Source: Octopus sinensis
Lineage: Eukaryota
Assembly: GCF_006345805.1 (NCBI RefSeq)
Contig: NC_043013.1
Span: 11,284,001-11,348,000, forward strand
Direction of reading: 5' to 3'
Length of the DNA stretch: 64,000 nt
Part shown: positions 28,237 through 41,472 of the stretch, piece by piece
Layout of the letters: each line of letters starts with the position of its first letter
Position numbering within the stretch: the first letter of the stretch is position 1
Position numbers and translations under genes: made by a program
The notes under the pieces: generated by a model
Told to the model about the DNA's origin: nothing
Databases searched by the model: none
The model's input: the letters and a program-made list of their open reading frames with translations, nothing else

Positions 28237-28689
28237 GTAAAAGAATTTTCCAAGTACTTTTGTTCACCTCTCTGATATCTCAGAAGTAAGCAGCTTGGCA
28301 ACAGCCTGTTACTATGGGAACAATCACCTATATGTCTGTTGATTTCGGTTGGCTAAAATTACCCAAAATTTGAAACTTGGAAAGCTATTAACAGTTTTCC
28401 AATATTACCATTTCATCACCAGAGGGTCAGTAATCATGGTTTAGGATTTACATACAAATGTAACTGTTTTCAAGGCAGATATTAGTCGATACCACCGACC
28501 CAATAAATAGATTCGCATTTTACTTTATCGATGATATGACAATGAATGGTAAAAATGATATTAACAGAATCTGAAATGTAAACGTAGTGATAAGAACTAA
28601 ATGCACAAGGCATTTTGTTCGACAGTTTAATGATTCTGCCAGCATCTTCTGTTTCCGTAAAACTAGAAATAATGATATTAGTTTATATT

Positions 28690-29045
28690 TTAAGCATATG
28701 GCCAGAAATTTTGTAGGAAGGGTATTTGTGGATACCATCTACCCAAGAACCTGAGTGGGACACAATTTTATCAGCCGTAAAAGGAAAAATCAGAAAGTTC
28801 GCCTCGGATGGTATTTGAACTCACAATGCTGGAACAAAATTCCCAAAGCGCTTTTTTCTTCAACGCTCTAACAATTCTACTAGCTCACTGCCAATTTATG
28901 AAAATGTCTAGTTTAAGCATAAAGCCAGAATTTCGATGTCAGAGGATTAACCGATTATTAAGTGTAGTATCTCATTGATACATTATTTCATCGACAAACT
29001 GGATTTTTGCCGTTTCACTAACTGTTCTGTCAGCTCGCTGCTTTA
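28690..29045 (-). mobile_element. Two adjacent diverged SINE family B fragments
   Basis: gcctcggatggtatttgaactc...ctagctcactgcc and ...ctgtcagctcgctgc resemble family B. Confidence 0.6.
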
Positions 29046-29053
29046 TGGTGATG

Positions 29054-29084
<31 letters not shown>

Positions 29085-29116
29085 AATGAAGTTGATTACA
29101 ATAATAATAATAATAA

Positions 29117-29197
<81 letters not shown>

Positions 29198-29440
29198 GAA
29201 GAAGAAGAGATAAGAAGAAGAAGAAGAAGAAGAAGAGAAGAAGAAGAAAGAGATGATGAAGAAGAAGAACGACAACAACAACAGAAACAACAGCAACGAC
29301 AACAACAACAACTTTATTATGAAAATGAGCAATCTGCTGTGCTTATTTCAAAGGCCTGTCACTGTATACATTCAGTTCACTGCCCTAGGAGTCGGGAAGT
29401 TTCCTGTCAAGAAATAGAAACAAATTGAAAGAAGAAAAAC

Positions 29441-29475
<35 letters not shown>

Positions 29476-29500
29476 GTAATGATAGTAATAATAATAATAA

Positions 29501-30050
29501 AAGGGAAATTGGTAAAGTCAAGTTCAATTGAATTAGATGTCGAAACAGTAATAAAGGAACTTGAGCAGGAACAAATCTTTAAATACCTAGGAATAAATGA
29601 AGGCTCTGGCATCCAGCATGCAAGCATGAAGGAGAAGGTTAGGAAGGAATGTTATAGAAGAATTCGAGCAGTCCTGAAGTCTTAGCTGAATGCATATAAT
29701 GTGTTAGCCATAAATTCCTTAGCAGTCCCAGTTGTTCTTTATAGCTTCAATGTGCTTAAATGGAATACCAGTGAAATAATGAAAATTCATAGAAAAATCC
29801 GCAAGCTACTGACTTGTAATAAGATGCATCTTCCAAAGGCTGACGTTGATCATCTTTACCTTTCCAAAGCTCAGGGAGGTCGAGGCTTTACCCAGCTTGA
29901 ACTTACGTACAAAACCACCACAATTAGACTGGCCAAATACCTTTAAACAACCAAGGATTGGACCGCTAAAACTTGTTGAAAAACATGAAAGACCGAAAAA
30001 ACTTCACTCTATTCTGAAAAAGAGCAAAAAATTATTTTTTCAAGTTACAA
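29501..30050 (+). mobile_element. R4/Dong-type LINE fragment (RT C-terminal region)
   Basis: KGKLVKS...FKYLGINE...KVRKECYRRIRAVLKS, then AINSLAVPVVLYSF...W...RKIRKLLT...HLPKADVDHLYLSKAQGGRGF. Starts immediately after (AAT)n. Confidence 0.9.
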
Positions 30051-30057
30051 GTTTTCT

Positions 30058-30310
30058 TACAAGGTCAGCAGTTTTGGGTAAGTGGGTAAGTCGATCACAT
30101 CGATCCCAGTGTGTAACTGTTACTTATATTATCGACATCAAAAATATGGAAGGCAAAGTCGACCTCGGCAACTCAAAACGTAAAGACGGACAAAATGCTG
30201 CTAAGCAACTTGAACGGCATTCCACGCATTTTGAGCGTCGATGCTAAGCATTTTGAACGTCGCTGCTAAGCATTTTGAACGTCGCTGCTAAGCATATTGA
30301 ACGTCGCCTT
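30058..30310 (-). mobile_element. SINE family B carrying a 22-bp tandem expansion in its head
   Basis: The body matches family B. tgctaagcattttgaacgtcgc-like units repeat 5 times at 30199-30307. Confidence 0.8.
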
Positions 30311-30559
30311 CTTTTCTTAATAATACTAATGATAATGGTTACAAACATCTTTGGGACTTGAAATCCCGTTGAGTTGAAGTGTCGTGAATCGAAAATTCAC
30401 TATGTAAAATTTAGATTCAATATCCCTTCAGTCATTTGCTAGGTTTTGATCCCACGTGATCAAGAAAGAGAAAGAGGAGATATCATCGAAAAACCTAATG
30501 TACACGTATTATCTGAAACTTTAGTTGTGCTGGACTTTTGATGCGGAGATGGAGCTGAA

Positions 30560-30732
30560 CTTTGGATGTAGTCGGTTAGAATTTTCAGCAGAGATAATAG
30601 GAAACTGTTTGGTATTGACAAATGTGCCATGCTTGTAATAAAGAGAAGAAAATTGGTAAAATCTGAGAGAATCACTCTTCCAGATAACAAGGCAATAAGA
30701 TCAAGGAAGAAAGGAAAAGGGATGCATATACT
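30560..30732 (+). mobile_element. R4/Dong-type LINE RT fragment (domains 6-7)
   Basis: VRIFSRD..LFGIDKCAMLVIKRRKLVKSERITLPDNKAI matches the FS.DI.M.FG.DKCA...KRGK.V...I.LP pattern. Confidence 0.75.
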
Positions 30733-30987
30733 TGCACATCCATATATATGTGTGTGTGTGTGTGTATGTGTGTGCTTGTATACATACAGCTTTGTACGTA
30801 TGTATATATGCAGATATGTATACACACACACATATATAATATATACATATACATTCACATATATTCACATATATAATATATAAACATAAAATATAATTAT
30901 ATATATATATTATATATGTATAGGTATACACACACATATAATACATACATGCATATAATATATAACTTACACATGTATATAAATATC

Positions 30988-31019
<32 letters not shown>

Positions 31020-31179
31020 TATATATATATACATGTATGAATATAAACACAAACATAAATATATGTATAGATATATTTATATATAGAGGTATATACATAT
31101 ATATATATATATACATATATATTATATATGTGTGTGTGTGTGTGTGGTGTGTGTATGTATATTTACATTTATTGAAATA

Positions 31180-31227
<48 letters not shown>

Positions 31228-31289
31228 AAAGATGTGGGCTTGTTCAAGGAGAAACTGAACGAAATGAAAGCTTTATACTACATTCTGAA

Positions 31290-31550
31290 GAAAATAAGAA
31301 GAGAGTGAGAAAGATCTTAGTAAGCATGCTAAATGGAATGGACATCATTAAAGGGATTAACACAATACCAATATTAAAAGATATTCCGTAGCCTTTGTTC
31401 AACGGACGAAAATGGATTGAGATGATAAAGAATAGACACACTAGAAAAATGTTAACACTTTTCAATGGGTTACATAACAAGAAAGCTATGTTGGTAGACC
31501 ATATTTACAAAGCAAAAGTCGGAATAGATGTCTACGACAAGTAGCATTCA
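31290..31550 (+). mobile_element. R4/Dong-type LINE fragment, strongly decayed
   Basis: RRVRKILVSMLNG.DIIKGINT...TRKMLTLFNGLH resembles the thumb region of the 29501 and 33942 copies. Confidence 0.65.
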
Positions 31551-31749
31551 TGGTACACTTGATAGTTACAGCATTAGTAACTGCAGGCTTATTTATTAAT
31601 TGAAGTTATATCAGTTTGTTATTAGCCAGTAAACTAAAAAGGAATTAGTGAGCCTTCTACTCCCTTCCCTTCCTCAAAATTCTTATAGCCAAAAGTTAAC
31701 CCACTGGATAATTCTTCCCCATTCACTCATTTATTCAATTTTCGTTGTC

Positions 31750-32500
31750 TTCATTTCCTCGTTCCAACCTAAATCTTACTCATCATGCTAAGTCCCACAT
31801 CGACTTATCTCTATCTATCGCCAAATCATCTCCGCGTCCGGGCTAGACCCTCTGTTCAAGGTTCACTCAAGAAAATGGTGTCCTCATTCGATTTCAGCGA
31901 TAATGACTTTAACCGTTTAGCATTTAAGCAGACCATATCCCTCCTCAATGCTCTACTTGGTTTATATTCAAACCATCAAGATCGGGCCTCTCAAACCTAC
32001 CGTACTATGTTGTTCCTAAAATATACAATCACGCCATCGAAAGCTGAAAGTTACAAAATAGTGATTATTTCCAACCCATGTGAATAACAAAAGCAAAAAC
32101 ATTCATTTTACAGAACAATGTGAATGCTAAAGACAGCTACCCTCATTCATTCCCCCAAAGACTTGTGCTTACGCAAGCTCTCTCCGAGCTCTTTGGATTA
32201 CCATCAACTATTTAAGTATATGCCTTTTTGAATTAACAACTTACATCTTACATTATTTTTGCTCCAAGTCTTCGACTTCAGTGACAGCAGAAGTGATGTA
32301 TCGGGCAGCTATCCCTAACCATGAAACCTCGATGCCATCGGTACACAATTTGTAGTCACCAACTCACTATTCTACATTAATTTGTTTCTTCTCCTAAACA
32401 TTTCACTGATCGATACATGCTCGTAGATTCGTCAAAGCACCCTCGATCTATATCTTCTCTCCAAACTTAATCCCTATAAATTATAACTACCTCTACTTAT
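31750..32500 (+). mobile_element. Probable Penelope-like element RT remnant
   Basis: Frame-shifted pieces LPYYVVPKIYN (cf. P.FY.LPKIHK), QLPSFI, and TAEVM..IPNHE.LDAI (cf. T.DV.SLY.NIPH.E.L.AI) occur in the expected order. Heavily decayed. Confidence 0.4.
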
Positions 32501-32900
32501 AACTTGTTTTTCGACCGTTGTTTCATCGTAAATACCCAACAGATATCCACTTACTGCAAAAGTTTCCTATACTCCATACATTGTCACTTCAATAATCCGA
32601 GTTTTCCGCATTCCGCCAGTTATGTGCAAAATATATCTCCGAATCCATATGTACTTCAATTATGCCCCATTTGAACCAGGTAGTCAGGTAAATAATATTA
32701 TCCTTCCCAGCATCGTGTATCCCCTCCCACACACGATAAAACCTTAATGTCCTAAGTCCCGCTAAACGTTGCATTTCAGCTGTTTAAGTAAAAAGAAGAA
32801 GAAGAAGAAGAAGAAGAAGAAGAAGAAAAGAAGAAGAAGAAGAAGAAGAAGAAGAAGAGAAGAAGAAGAAGAAGAAGAAGAAGAAGAAGAAGAAGAAGAA

Positions 32901-33655
32901 GACACATGATATGATGTCTCATTCTTGGATCGTTGAAACCCTGCGGATGTTTGGTATTGCTGACAACATCACAAATTTTCTGATGCATAGAATGAAAAGT
33001 GGAAAACCAAATCGTACCCAAGTAATGTATTCCTTGGAGAACTTAATATTAAAAGGGATATCTTCCAAGGTGACTCGTTTTCTCCGTTACTTCTTGCAAT
33101 TGCACTAATACCCATATCAATGACACTTAGGAAAGTTAAGATAGAAAGCCATCGTAGAAGTAACAGAGAACTTGTATGAGCATGTACCAAGTAAAGTTAT
33201 GCAGGAGAGTGGAAGTGTAAAGATACTCTGGGACTATGATTTTCAGATGGATCGTGTATTCGAACACCGTCAGCCGGATATTGTAATATTGAATAAGATA
33301 GACAAATACTGACAGATCATTGATTTAGCCATACCAAATGACATGAATGTTGTGAATAAAGAGGTTGAAAAAATTACCAAGTACTCCGGATTGAAAGTGG
33401 AAATGACAAGACTGTATGGAATACGAGAGGGTAATATAAAAGTGATACCAGTGGTGATCGGAGCTTTGGGCTCAATCCCATTGAAACTTCAAGTTTTTAA
33501 AAATCAACTAGAAATCCCAAGCAAGGTTGATGTCTTGTAAAAAGCAGACTGATTGAGCACAGCGCACATCTTAAGGAAAGTATTATCTGTCTGAGGTACT
33601 TGTGACTTGACAGATGCGCGACTCCGGACGAAAGACCTCCACTGTGTTGCAGTTT
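32901..33655 (+). mobile_element. R4/Dong-type LINE, internally deleted (RT domains 3-4 joined to RLE and 3'UTR)
   Basis: YDMMSHSWIVETLRMFGIADNI...IFQGDSFSPLL is followed within about 60 bp by HVPSKVMQE...ILWDYDFQ...PDIVI...IPNDMNVVNKEVEKITKY. Same family as the 21974 copy. Confidence 0.88.
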
Positions 33656-33788
33656 AATAATATGTTACGAAATAATAATAATACTATAATAATATAATAA
33701 TAATAATAAATAATAAATAATGATAATGATGATGATGATGATGATGATGATAATACCGATAAATAAGAATATAATAATAATAATAATA

Positions 33789-33825
<37 letters not shown>

Positions 33826-33941
33826 CAGATCAGAAGACATCATATCATATGTTCTTCTCTTCTTCTTCTTCTTCTTTTCTTCTTCTTTTCTTCTTCTTTT
33901 TCTTCTTCTCTTCTTCTTTTCTTCTTCTTCTTCTTCTTCAC

Positions 33942-35848
33942 GCATCAGCCACCCTTTTTTATATAGGATGACCTAAAACTATACGCTGCAAATGACAACA
34001 GCTGGAAAACACTATAAAGACAGTTCATGGATTACCAAAGAGATAGATATGAAATTTGGATTAGAAAAATGCGCCAAAGTAACCATGAAGAACAACGGAA
34101 AACTAGTAAGAGTAACAAATCACACTAGATAAAACCAATGAAATACAAAGATTTAGACCAAAGCCCAAACTTACAAAACTTAGGAATCCATGAACTAGAT
34201 AAGACCAACACACACAAAATGAAAGAGAAGAAAATAAAAAAGAAAATATTATAGACGAGTTAGATCAATACTAATCTGCTAAAATAAAAAAAAACAGAGC
34301 TCAATGCTTATTTTTTAAAAACTAAAAACAAGATTAACAGGGGTATATCACTTTTATCCAACACTTTTAGCTTGTCCCAGTTATAAGTTACAGCTACCAA
34401 TTCCTAAACTGGACACGAAATGAACTGACCAAAATAGATAGGAAAACAAGAAGAAAATAATGAAGGGAGGATCTAGGATTGCATCACCCAAAATCTGACA
34501 TAGAAAGACCTCATATACAAACGTATAGAAAGGTGGTAGAGGTCTTATAAAGCTGGAAAATTACTATAAAATAACCACCATAGGACTGCAAAAATATCTA
34601 CTTCAGGAGGAAAGAGGGAAAACTGATCCAGATAGCGGCAAACACACGAGCAAGCAAACAAAAAAACTGTTCTCAGTATTTAAGAAAGCTGACAAATACA
34701 AACAAGAAATCATACCACCAATAACATAAGAAGAAGAAGAAGAGAAGACGAAGAAGAGAAGAAAAAGAAAGAAGAAAGAAGAGAAGAAGAAGAAGAAGAA
34801 GAGAAGAAGAAGAAGAAGAAAGAAGAGAAGAAGAGAAGACAGAAGAAGAAGAAAAGAAAAGAAGAAGAAGAAGAAGAAGAAGAAAAGAAGAAGATGAAGA
34901 AGAAGAAAAGAAACAACAAAAGCTATAAAACAAAAGAAATCCAAACTAAAATAGAACAGCAACGAACCATGATAAAAACGATGGCAAGAAAAGCCCCTTC
35001 CTGGTAAATACTGGACTAAACTAAACGCAAAAGAAAAGAACATAGACAAAGAAAAATCCCAGCAATGGTTGAGAAGCTCAGGACTCAAAGAGCAGAAACA
35101 GAGGGATTTTTAATTGCAGCACAAGACCAAAGCCTCCCCACCAGAAATACCAAAAACATGTAATGAAAAGAAATATTACAAGTAACTGCAGAATATGTGG
35201 AGATGGACAAGAAACAATAAATCAATTATCTCTAGCTGCCCAGTCCTGGCTAAGAAGGAAATATATTCACAGACATGACAGAGTTGGAACCTACATACAT
35301 GGAAGCTATGCCAACATTATGGAATAACAACAGAAAAAAGATGGTATAGGCACACACCAGAAAAGATCACAGGAAAACGAGAAAGCACCATACTCTGGTA
35401 TATGCGATACACACAGATAGAGAAATTAAGGCCAACAGACCAGATATAGTTGTCAGAGATCATGAAGAAAAAAAATGCTTTCTAATTGATGTATCAATAC
35501 CGGGCAGATGACAACGTGTCTCTAAAAAAATGGAGAACTCTCAAAATACAAAGACCTGGAAATAGAGGTAACTAGAATGTGGAATCTGAAACAGAAACAA
35601 TTCCTATCATAGTAGGGCATTAGGCATGATAAAAAAATATTCAGACAAATACATAACAAATACACCAGGACTTACAAACACATAAACATACAGAAAATTG
35701 CACTACTAGGCACTGCACACATCCTACGCAGAACACTTTCCATACAATAACCATCAGAGTATCACAACAAATCACAGCACATACCCAAGGCACCAGAGCT
35801 GCGCTCGGTAGTGAAGTGAAAGCACGCTATTAAAAATAAAACTACTGA
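33942..35848 (+). mobile_element. R4/Dong-type LINE, 1.9-kb 3' portion of a second family, frameshifted, with an internal (GAA)n tract at about 34728-34905
   Basis: DDLKLYAAND, MKFGLEKCAKV, GFLIAAQDQSL, CRICGDGQETIN, RHDRVG, ANRPDIVV, IDVSIP and IVGALG motifs. The 3'UTR ends ...aaaataaaactactg-(AAT)n. Confidence 0.93.
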
Positions 35849-35863
35849 ATAATAATAATAATA

Positions 35864-35910
<47 letters not shown>

Positions 35911-35969
35911 GATAATAATAATGATAATAATAATAATAAAACTAATAATAATAGTAGTAATAATAATAA

Positions 35970-36178
35970 TTTTGGCACAAGGCAAATAATTTTGAGAGAG
36001 GGGACAAGCAGATTACATCAATTCCAGTGCTCAACTGGTACTTATTTTATCAACCTAGAAAGGATAGAAGTCAAAGTCGACCTCTGTGAAATATGAACGT
36101 TGATCATGAAGACGGACGAAATTCCGCTAAGCAATTTGTCCGGCATGCTAACTATTCTGCCAGCTCACTGCCTTTGCC
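35970..36178 (-). mobile_element. SINE family B
   Basis: gtgctcaactggtacttattttatc...aaagtcgacctc...ctgccagctcactgcc. Confidence 0.8.
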
Positions 36179-37019
36179 TTAATAATATTAATAACAATCA
36201 ACAGGCTGGTTGTTTGGCGCATGCTCCAACAAATTTGACGCTTCAGATTATGAATTTCTGTACCGACTGCGATACCAAGTAACATTTCCGCTGAAAGGCA
36301 AGGCTAGAAAAGTTCAGTGGTTTGTAGAAGGACTTTAGTGGAGCGTAGGGTCAGTCAGTATTGTGACGCTAGGATTAACAGTCCATGGAAACCGGCAATT
36401 TGACTGGATATCTTTAGCCATCGGTTCAGATTCTCCCAACACTGATGTGCATGCGTGTATGTGAATATGAGTGTTTGAGGTGTGTATCTATTATGCATGC
36501 ATGAATATATATGTGTGTGTATATATGTATGTATGCATTTATGTATAGTGTGTATATATTTGTATATATTTGTTATATGTATATATATTTATGTATTCAT
36601 ACATATAAATCATATATGCATACATTCAAATATATACCACCCACACGCAGTTACATAGATACAAGTACACTACTAACATATTATATACGCAAGCGTTCAT
36701 AAACAAAATCAAACAAATAAACATAGATACGTAGATACATACATGAATACACACAAAACATATAAATTCGTACATCAAACATAATTGCAAATACATACAT
36801 GCATATACATACAGTACGTACATACATATACAATACATACATACATAATACTATACAGACATACACGTGGACATTACGGGATATTTGGATCGTATATAGG
36901 AGCCTGAAAAAACAACACACCGGATACCGTAAACTCAAAAAATGAGTGAGTGAGAGAGAGAGTGGGAAAGAAACAGAGATCTAAAAGGATGAAAAGTACC
37001 GCTATAAAGTACATATGTA

Positions 37020-37065
<46 letters not shown>

Positions 37066-37169
37066 TATATATAATATATATAATATATATATATGTATAT
37101 ATATAAGATATATATATATATACGCACACAAATACATGCATATACATACAAAATACATAGAGAGAATTA

Positions 37170-37208
<39 letters not shown>

Positions 37209-37225
37209 TATATAATATATATTAT

Positions 37226-37325
37226 NNNNNNNNNNNNNNNNNNNNNNNNNNNNNNNNNNNNNNNNNNNNNNNNNNNNNNNNNNNNNNNNNNNNNNNNNNN
37301 NNNNNNNNNNNNNNNNNNNNNNNNN
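37226..37325. other. Assembly gap (100 N)
   Basis: Exactly 100 Ns after a (TA)n tract; a fixed-size scaffolding gap, so contiguity across it is unverified. Confidence 0.98.
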
Positions 37326-38429
37326 GGCCATAATTTTCAGCTGAGTAGGCAGTTTCTGCACGGAATGGAAAGGTTTGCTCAAGAACACAAAGCACCACTA
37401 GGTGTAGTAATCGAACCCTCTATGCCATGATCATGAACGAAACAATAATCTTGAGGCTAAACTAGTTATAAATCGTTCTCTTATTTTAACCCTTTAGAAA
37501 ACTTCACGCGTTTGACTTTGATAAAAAGAATTATCAAATCTTTTATATTCGCAGTAAATAACTTTTCACATGAAGTTGGCTTAGATTTGAAACAGCCACT
37601 ATATGAACGTTAGCCTGATGTAAAATCACATTTGTTGCTTTCACATAGAACAATCAGTTTTGGCGAAGAAACGCAACATCAAAACACTGTCCTCTCGATA
37701 CCATACTCCGTCTACAAATTAAAAAGAAAATCCAGCATGAAGGACGTCATAGAAGTGACAGCATTTCTGATGGTAGCAATCACCGTTTTCTTCTTCTTCT
37801 TCTTTTCTTCTTCTTCTTTTCTTCTTCTTCTTCTTCTTCTTCTTCTTCTTCTTCTTCTTCTTCTTCTCCTCCTTTCCTCCCTCCCCTCCTCCTCCTCCTC
37901 CTCATCATCATCATCATCATCAATAATAAGATTTTTACAGCAAGAAACACCAGAACTCACCTCACCACATCACCATCATCGCCATCGTTTTTATCGATTT
38001 CTCAATGTTATCATTAATATCACTGCCACCACTACCATCATCATTTTATCATCATCATCATCATCATCTTCATCATCATCAGCAGCAGCATCACCATCAG
38101 CATCATCATAATCAACGTCGTTATCATCATTGACATCAAATTACCTATAACATAATTAGAACCTCCATGGCCACCACCACGACCACCTCAAAAACCCCAG
38201 TCACAACCCCCAACAACTACAACACAACCACTATCACAACCACAACCACCACCACAGCAAACAACTACTACAGTAACATCACGCTGACAATCCAGCAGCA
38301 ACAGCGGAAGTAGATGATCCACACAACGAAACCAAACGAAAGAAAACGTACATTCAAAAAAGCAAATCAAAAATAAAAATCGATGTCCCCAACGAAGCTG
38401 CCACTAATCCAATCACTCACACAAATCTT

Positions 38430-38437
38430 AAAGCCGA

Positions 38438-38521
<84 letters not shown>

Positions 38522-38553
38522 GTCGTCGTCGTCGTCATCGTCATCGTCATCAC

Positions 38554-38598
<45 letters not shown>

Positions 38599-38651
38599 AT
38601 CATCATCATCATCATCATCGTCGTCGTCGTCGTCATCGTCATCGTCATCAC

Positions 38652-38684
<33 letters not shown>

Positions 38685-38737
38685 ATCATCATCATCATCA
38701 TCATCGTCGTCGTCGTCGTCATCGTCATCGTCATCAC

Positions 38738-38770
<33 letters not shown>

Positions 38771-39831
38771 CATCGTCGTCTTCATCATCATTACTATCAC
38801 GATCCTCCTCTTCATCATCGTCGTCATCATCATCACCATTAACACAATCATCATGATCATCATCGTCGTCATCATCATCACCATTAACACAATCATCATC
38901 ATCATCATCATCATCATGATCATCATCATCATGGTCATCATCATCATCATGGCCATCATCATCATCATTGTGTGATTAATGAAACGATACCACCACCATC
39001 CCAAACCACTCCATCATCTATTGAACACCACTATTGAAATCACAACCACTACTATCAACATTGTATCTCTACAACCGTCATCGCAGCAAGAACCACCGCC
39101 ACTGTCAGCATTCATCACCATCATCATAATCGTCGTCGTCTTTGTCATCCTCCTTATCCTCATCTTTATCAAACTCCACCACCATCATCATCATAATCAT
39201 CATCATTATCATCACCATCATCATCATCAGCAGCAGCAGCATGTTTATAATCGTCAGTAACAATATCCCCTCTTCCTCCTCCACCTACACTTCATTATCA
39301 GCATCATCACCATGGACATCATCATTATCACCATCAACATCATCACCATCATCAACATTCAGCCCCATCACCACCACCACCACCACCACCATTATCATTA
39401 TCACCATTATCGTCACCACCATATTGGTCGACGCCGTCATCGCCGTCGTCGTCACCATCATTATCATAATCATTATCAGCATGCGTTTGATTAAATAGTA
39501 CAACATCATCCACAGTAACGCCATCTACTGCCACAGCAATCCACAATACTGCTAAAGCGAAAACAACAACGGCGACAACAGCGTCGATGACGAAATCGAC
39601 AGAAACAAATGGCTTTTTTTCTTTTTTAAAAACTACACCAAATGTATAAAAAAATAATAAAGGTATAAATAGTGAGCAACATCAACAACAGCAATAATAA
39701 CAGCAATAATAATAACAATAACAATAACAATAACAATACTAACGATAATAATAATTCTCATGATGCTGCTGCTAACGACGACGACCACGACGACGATGAC
39801 GATTATTATAATAATAATAATAATAATAATG

Positions 39832-39867
<36 letters not shown>

Positions 39868-39886
39868 TAATATAATAATGATAATG

Positions 39887-39936
<50 letters not shown>

Positions 39937-40130
39937 GATGAGGATGATAACTACGATGATAACTATGATGATGACGACGATGATGATGACGACAACGATG
40001 ATGATGGTGATGGTGGTCATGATGATGATGATGATGCTACTGCCTCTGCTGCTGCTGCTGATGATGATGATGGTGGTGATGATGATGATGAGGATGATGA
40101 TGATGATGATGCTGCTGATGTTTTGTTATT
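38430..40130. repeat. Composite microsatellite field: CAT/CGT/CAC-rich (38430-39480), then AAT/GAT-rich (39680-40130)
   Basis: Direct reading of the sequence; includes higher-order units (see findings). Confidence 0.95.
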
Positions 40131-40288
40131 AATATCATAATGACAAAAGATAGGGATAAGAAGAGAAAAAACACAAAAAAACACCAAAAAAATGAAAAAC
40201 AATCTTAAAAAGAAAAAAAGAAAAGCGTAACATATTTAATCATGATTTGAAGAATTCCAGATAGCAATGGTCAAGATTTTTAATAAAA

Positions 40289-40387
40289 TTAATGAAAATC
40301 TCGCATATTCTTCCTGAGAAAGCCTATAATGCTTGCATGTGGTGAACCTGCTGAGGAGAATCTTGAATCAGGTCTCGCTCGAAGAAT
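40289..40387 (-). CDS. Candidate terminal exon (ILRARPDSRFSSAGSPHASIIGFLRKNMRDFH*)
   Basis: Strong acceptor ctcctttttcccccctgttgttccacag|, an open frame to TAA, and attaaa hexamers downstream. No homology recognised. Confidence 0.3.
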   Translation of the reverse strand: MLRARPDSRFSSAGSPHASIIGFLRKNMRDFH

Positions 40388-40773
40388 CTGTGGAACAACA
40401 GGGGGGAAAAAGGAGAGTTTGAAGAAGCGTGAATAGTAAATGGAAGGAAAAAGGAGAGAAAAAAAACAGAAAAAGAAACGTGTCAAAATAAAAACAAATG
40501 AGGCTGGTAGCAAGGGTTGTCGTTTCGATTGTAGAAGTAATAGTAGTAACAATATGGTATTAACGTTAGTGATAATGATGATTGTGATGGTTATGGTGGT
40601 AGTGGTTGAAGTATTTGTGGTTGTGGTGATAGCAGTTGTGATGGTGGTGGTGGTGGTGAAAGCTAAAGGTTGTAATTAAATAAAAGACAGAAATAAAAAA
40701 AAAGCAAATTGACATTTAGAATATTTTTTTGAAGTGGTGAAGTAGGAAGGAAAATAGTGAAAGTATATGCATA

Positions 40774-40815
<42 letters not shown>

Positions 40816-40964
40816 TATATATATAATATAAAAATTAAAAAATAAATGTAGTATATATATATATATATATATATATACATTCAAATGCACACACAAATAC
40901 ATGTTTATTGACGTACATGTAAATCCGTAAAAAAAAACGATGCATTCCACTAATAGAGATGAAT

Positions 40965-41302
40965 ATAGGTATATCATATACTGAAGACTCCCTTCGGTCA
41001 TCAATGCCCATGGGATCGGACCTAGAAAGATCCCCCTCCGAGGCAAAACCAGGGCAAGGCTATTTATTGAAGATCAGCAGCCGCTCATGCATACCATGTA
41101 TATCCTCTCCATACCTCCGATGTTATCTAAAGGAAAGACAAAGGCTGGATACAGCTTCGTTTCTACAGCTGAATGAACTAAAGCAACGTGAAATGACGTC
41201 TCTTGCTCAAGAGCGGAACACACTGCCCAATCTAGGGATCGAACTCACAACTCCGTGACTCTGAGCCTGTCACTCTAACCACTGAGCCATGCGCCTTCAT
41301 GG
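40965..41302 (-). mobile_element. tRNA-derived SINE, family F, near full length
   Basis: The reverse complement starts gaaggcgcatggctcagtggttagagtg...gagttcgatccc, followed by a central-domain-like cttgagcaag...catttcacgttgc...cagctgtagaaa segment. Confidence 0.8.
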
Positions 41303-41382
41303 TATATTACTAGTATTTACTGAAAAACATATTTTTGATTTATCAAAATTGTCTCCGTTTCCGGTGGCTGTGTTATAATTAC

Positions 41383-41472
41383 CGGATCAATCTCTTCCTG
41401 ATAAGCGAAGATAATCTCCGGATTTAAATAATTCTCAGAAATTGACATTAAGGAAAAGGACAGCCTAGTTTT
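41383..41472 (-). CDS. Candidate internal exon, 90 bp, phase 0-0 (KTRLSFSLMSISENYLNPEIIFAYQEEIDP)
   Basis: Acceptor cgtcttttcctcttatcttcag| and donor ccg|gtaatt. Only one frame is open. Confidence 0.3.

Noticed and set aside
30199-30307. CRISPR-like array
   Set aside because: The units are contiguous with no spacers, lie inside a SINE, and the sequence is eukaryotic with no cas genes.
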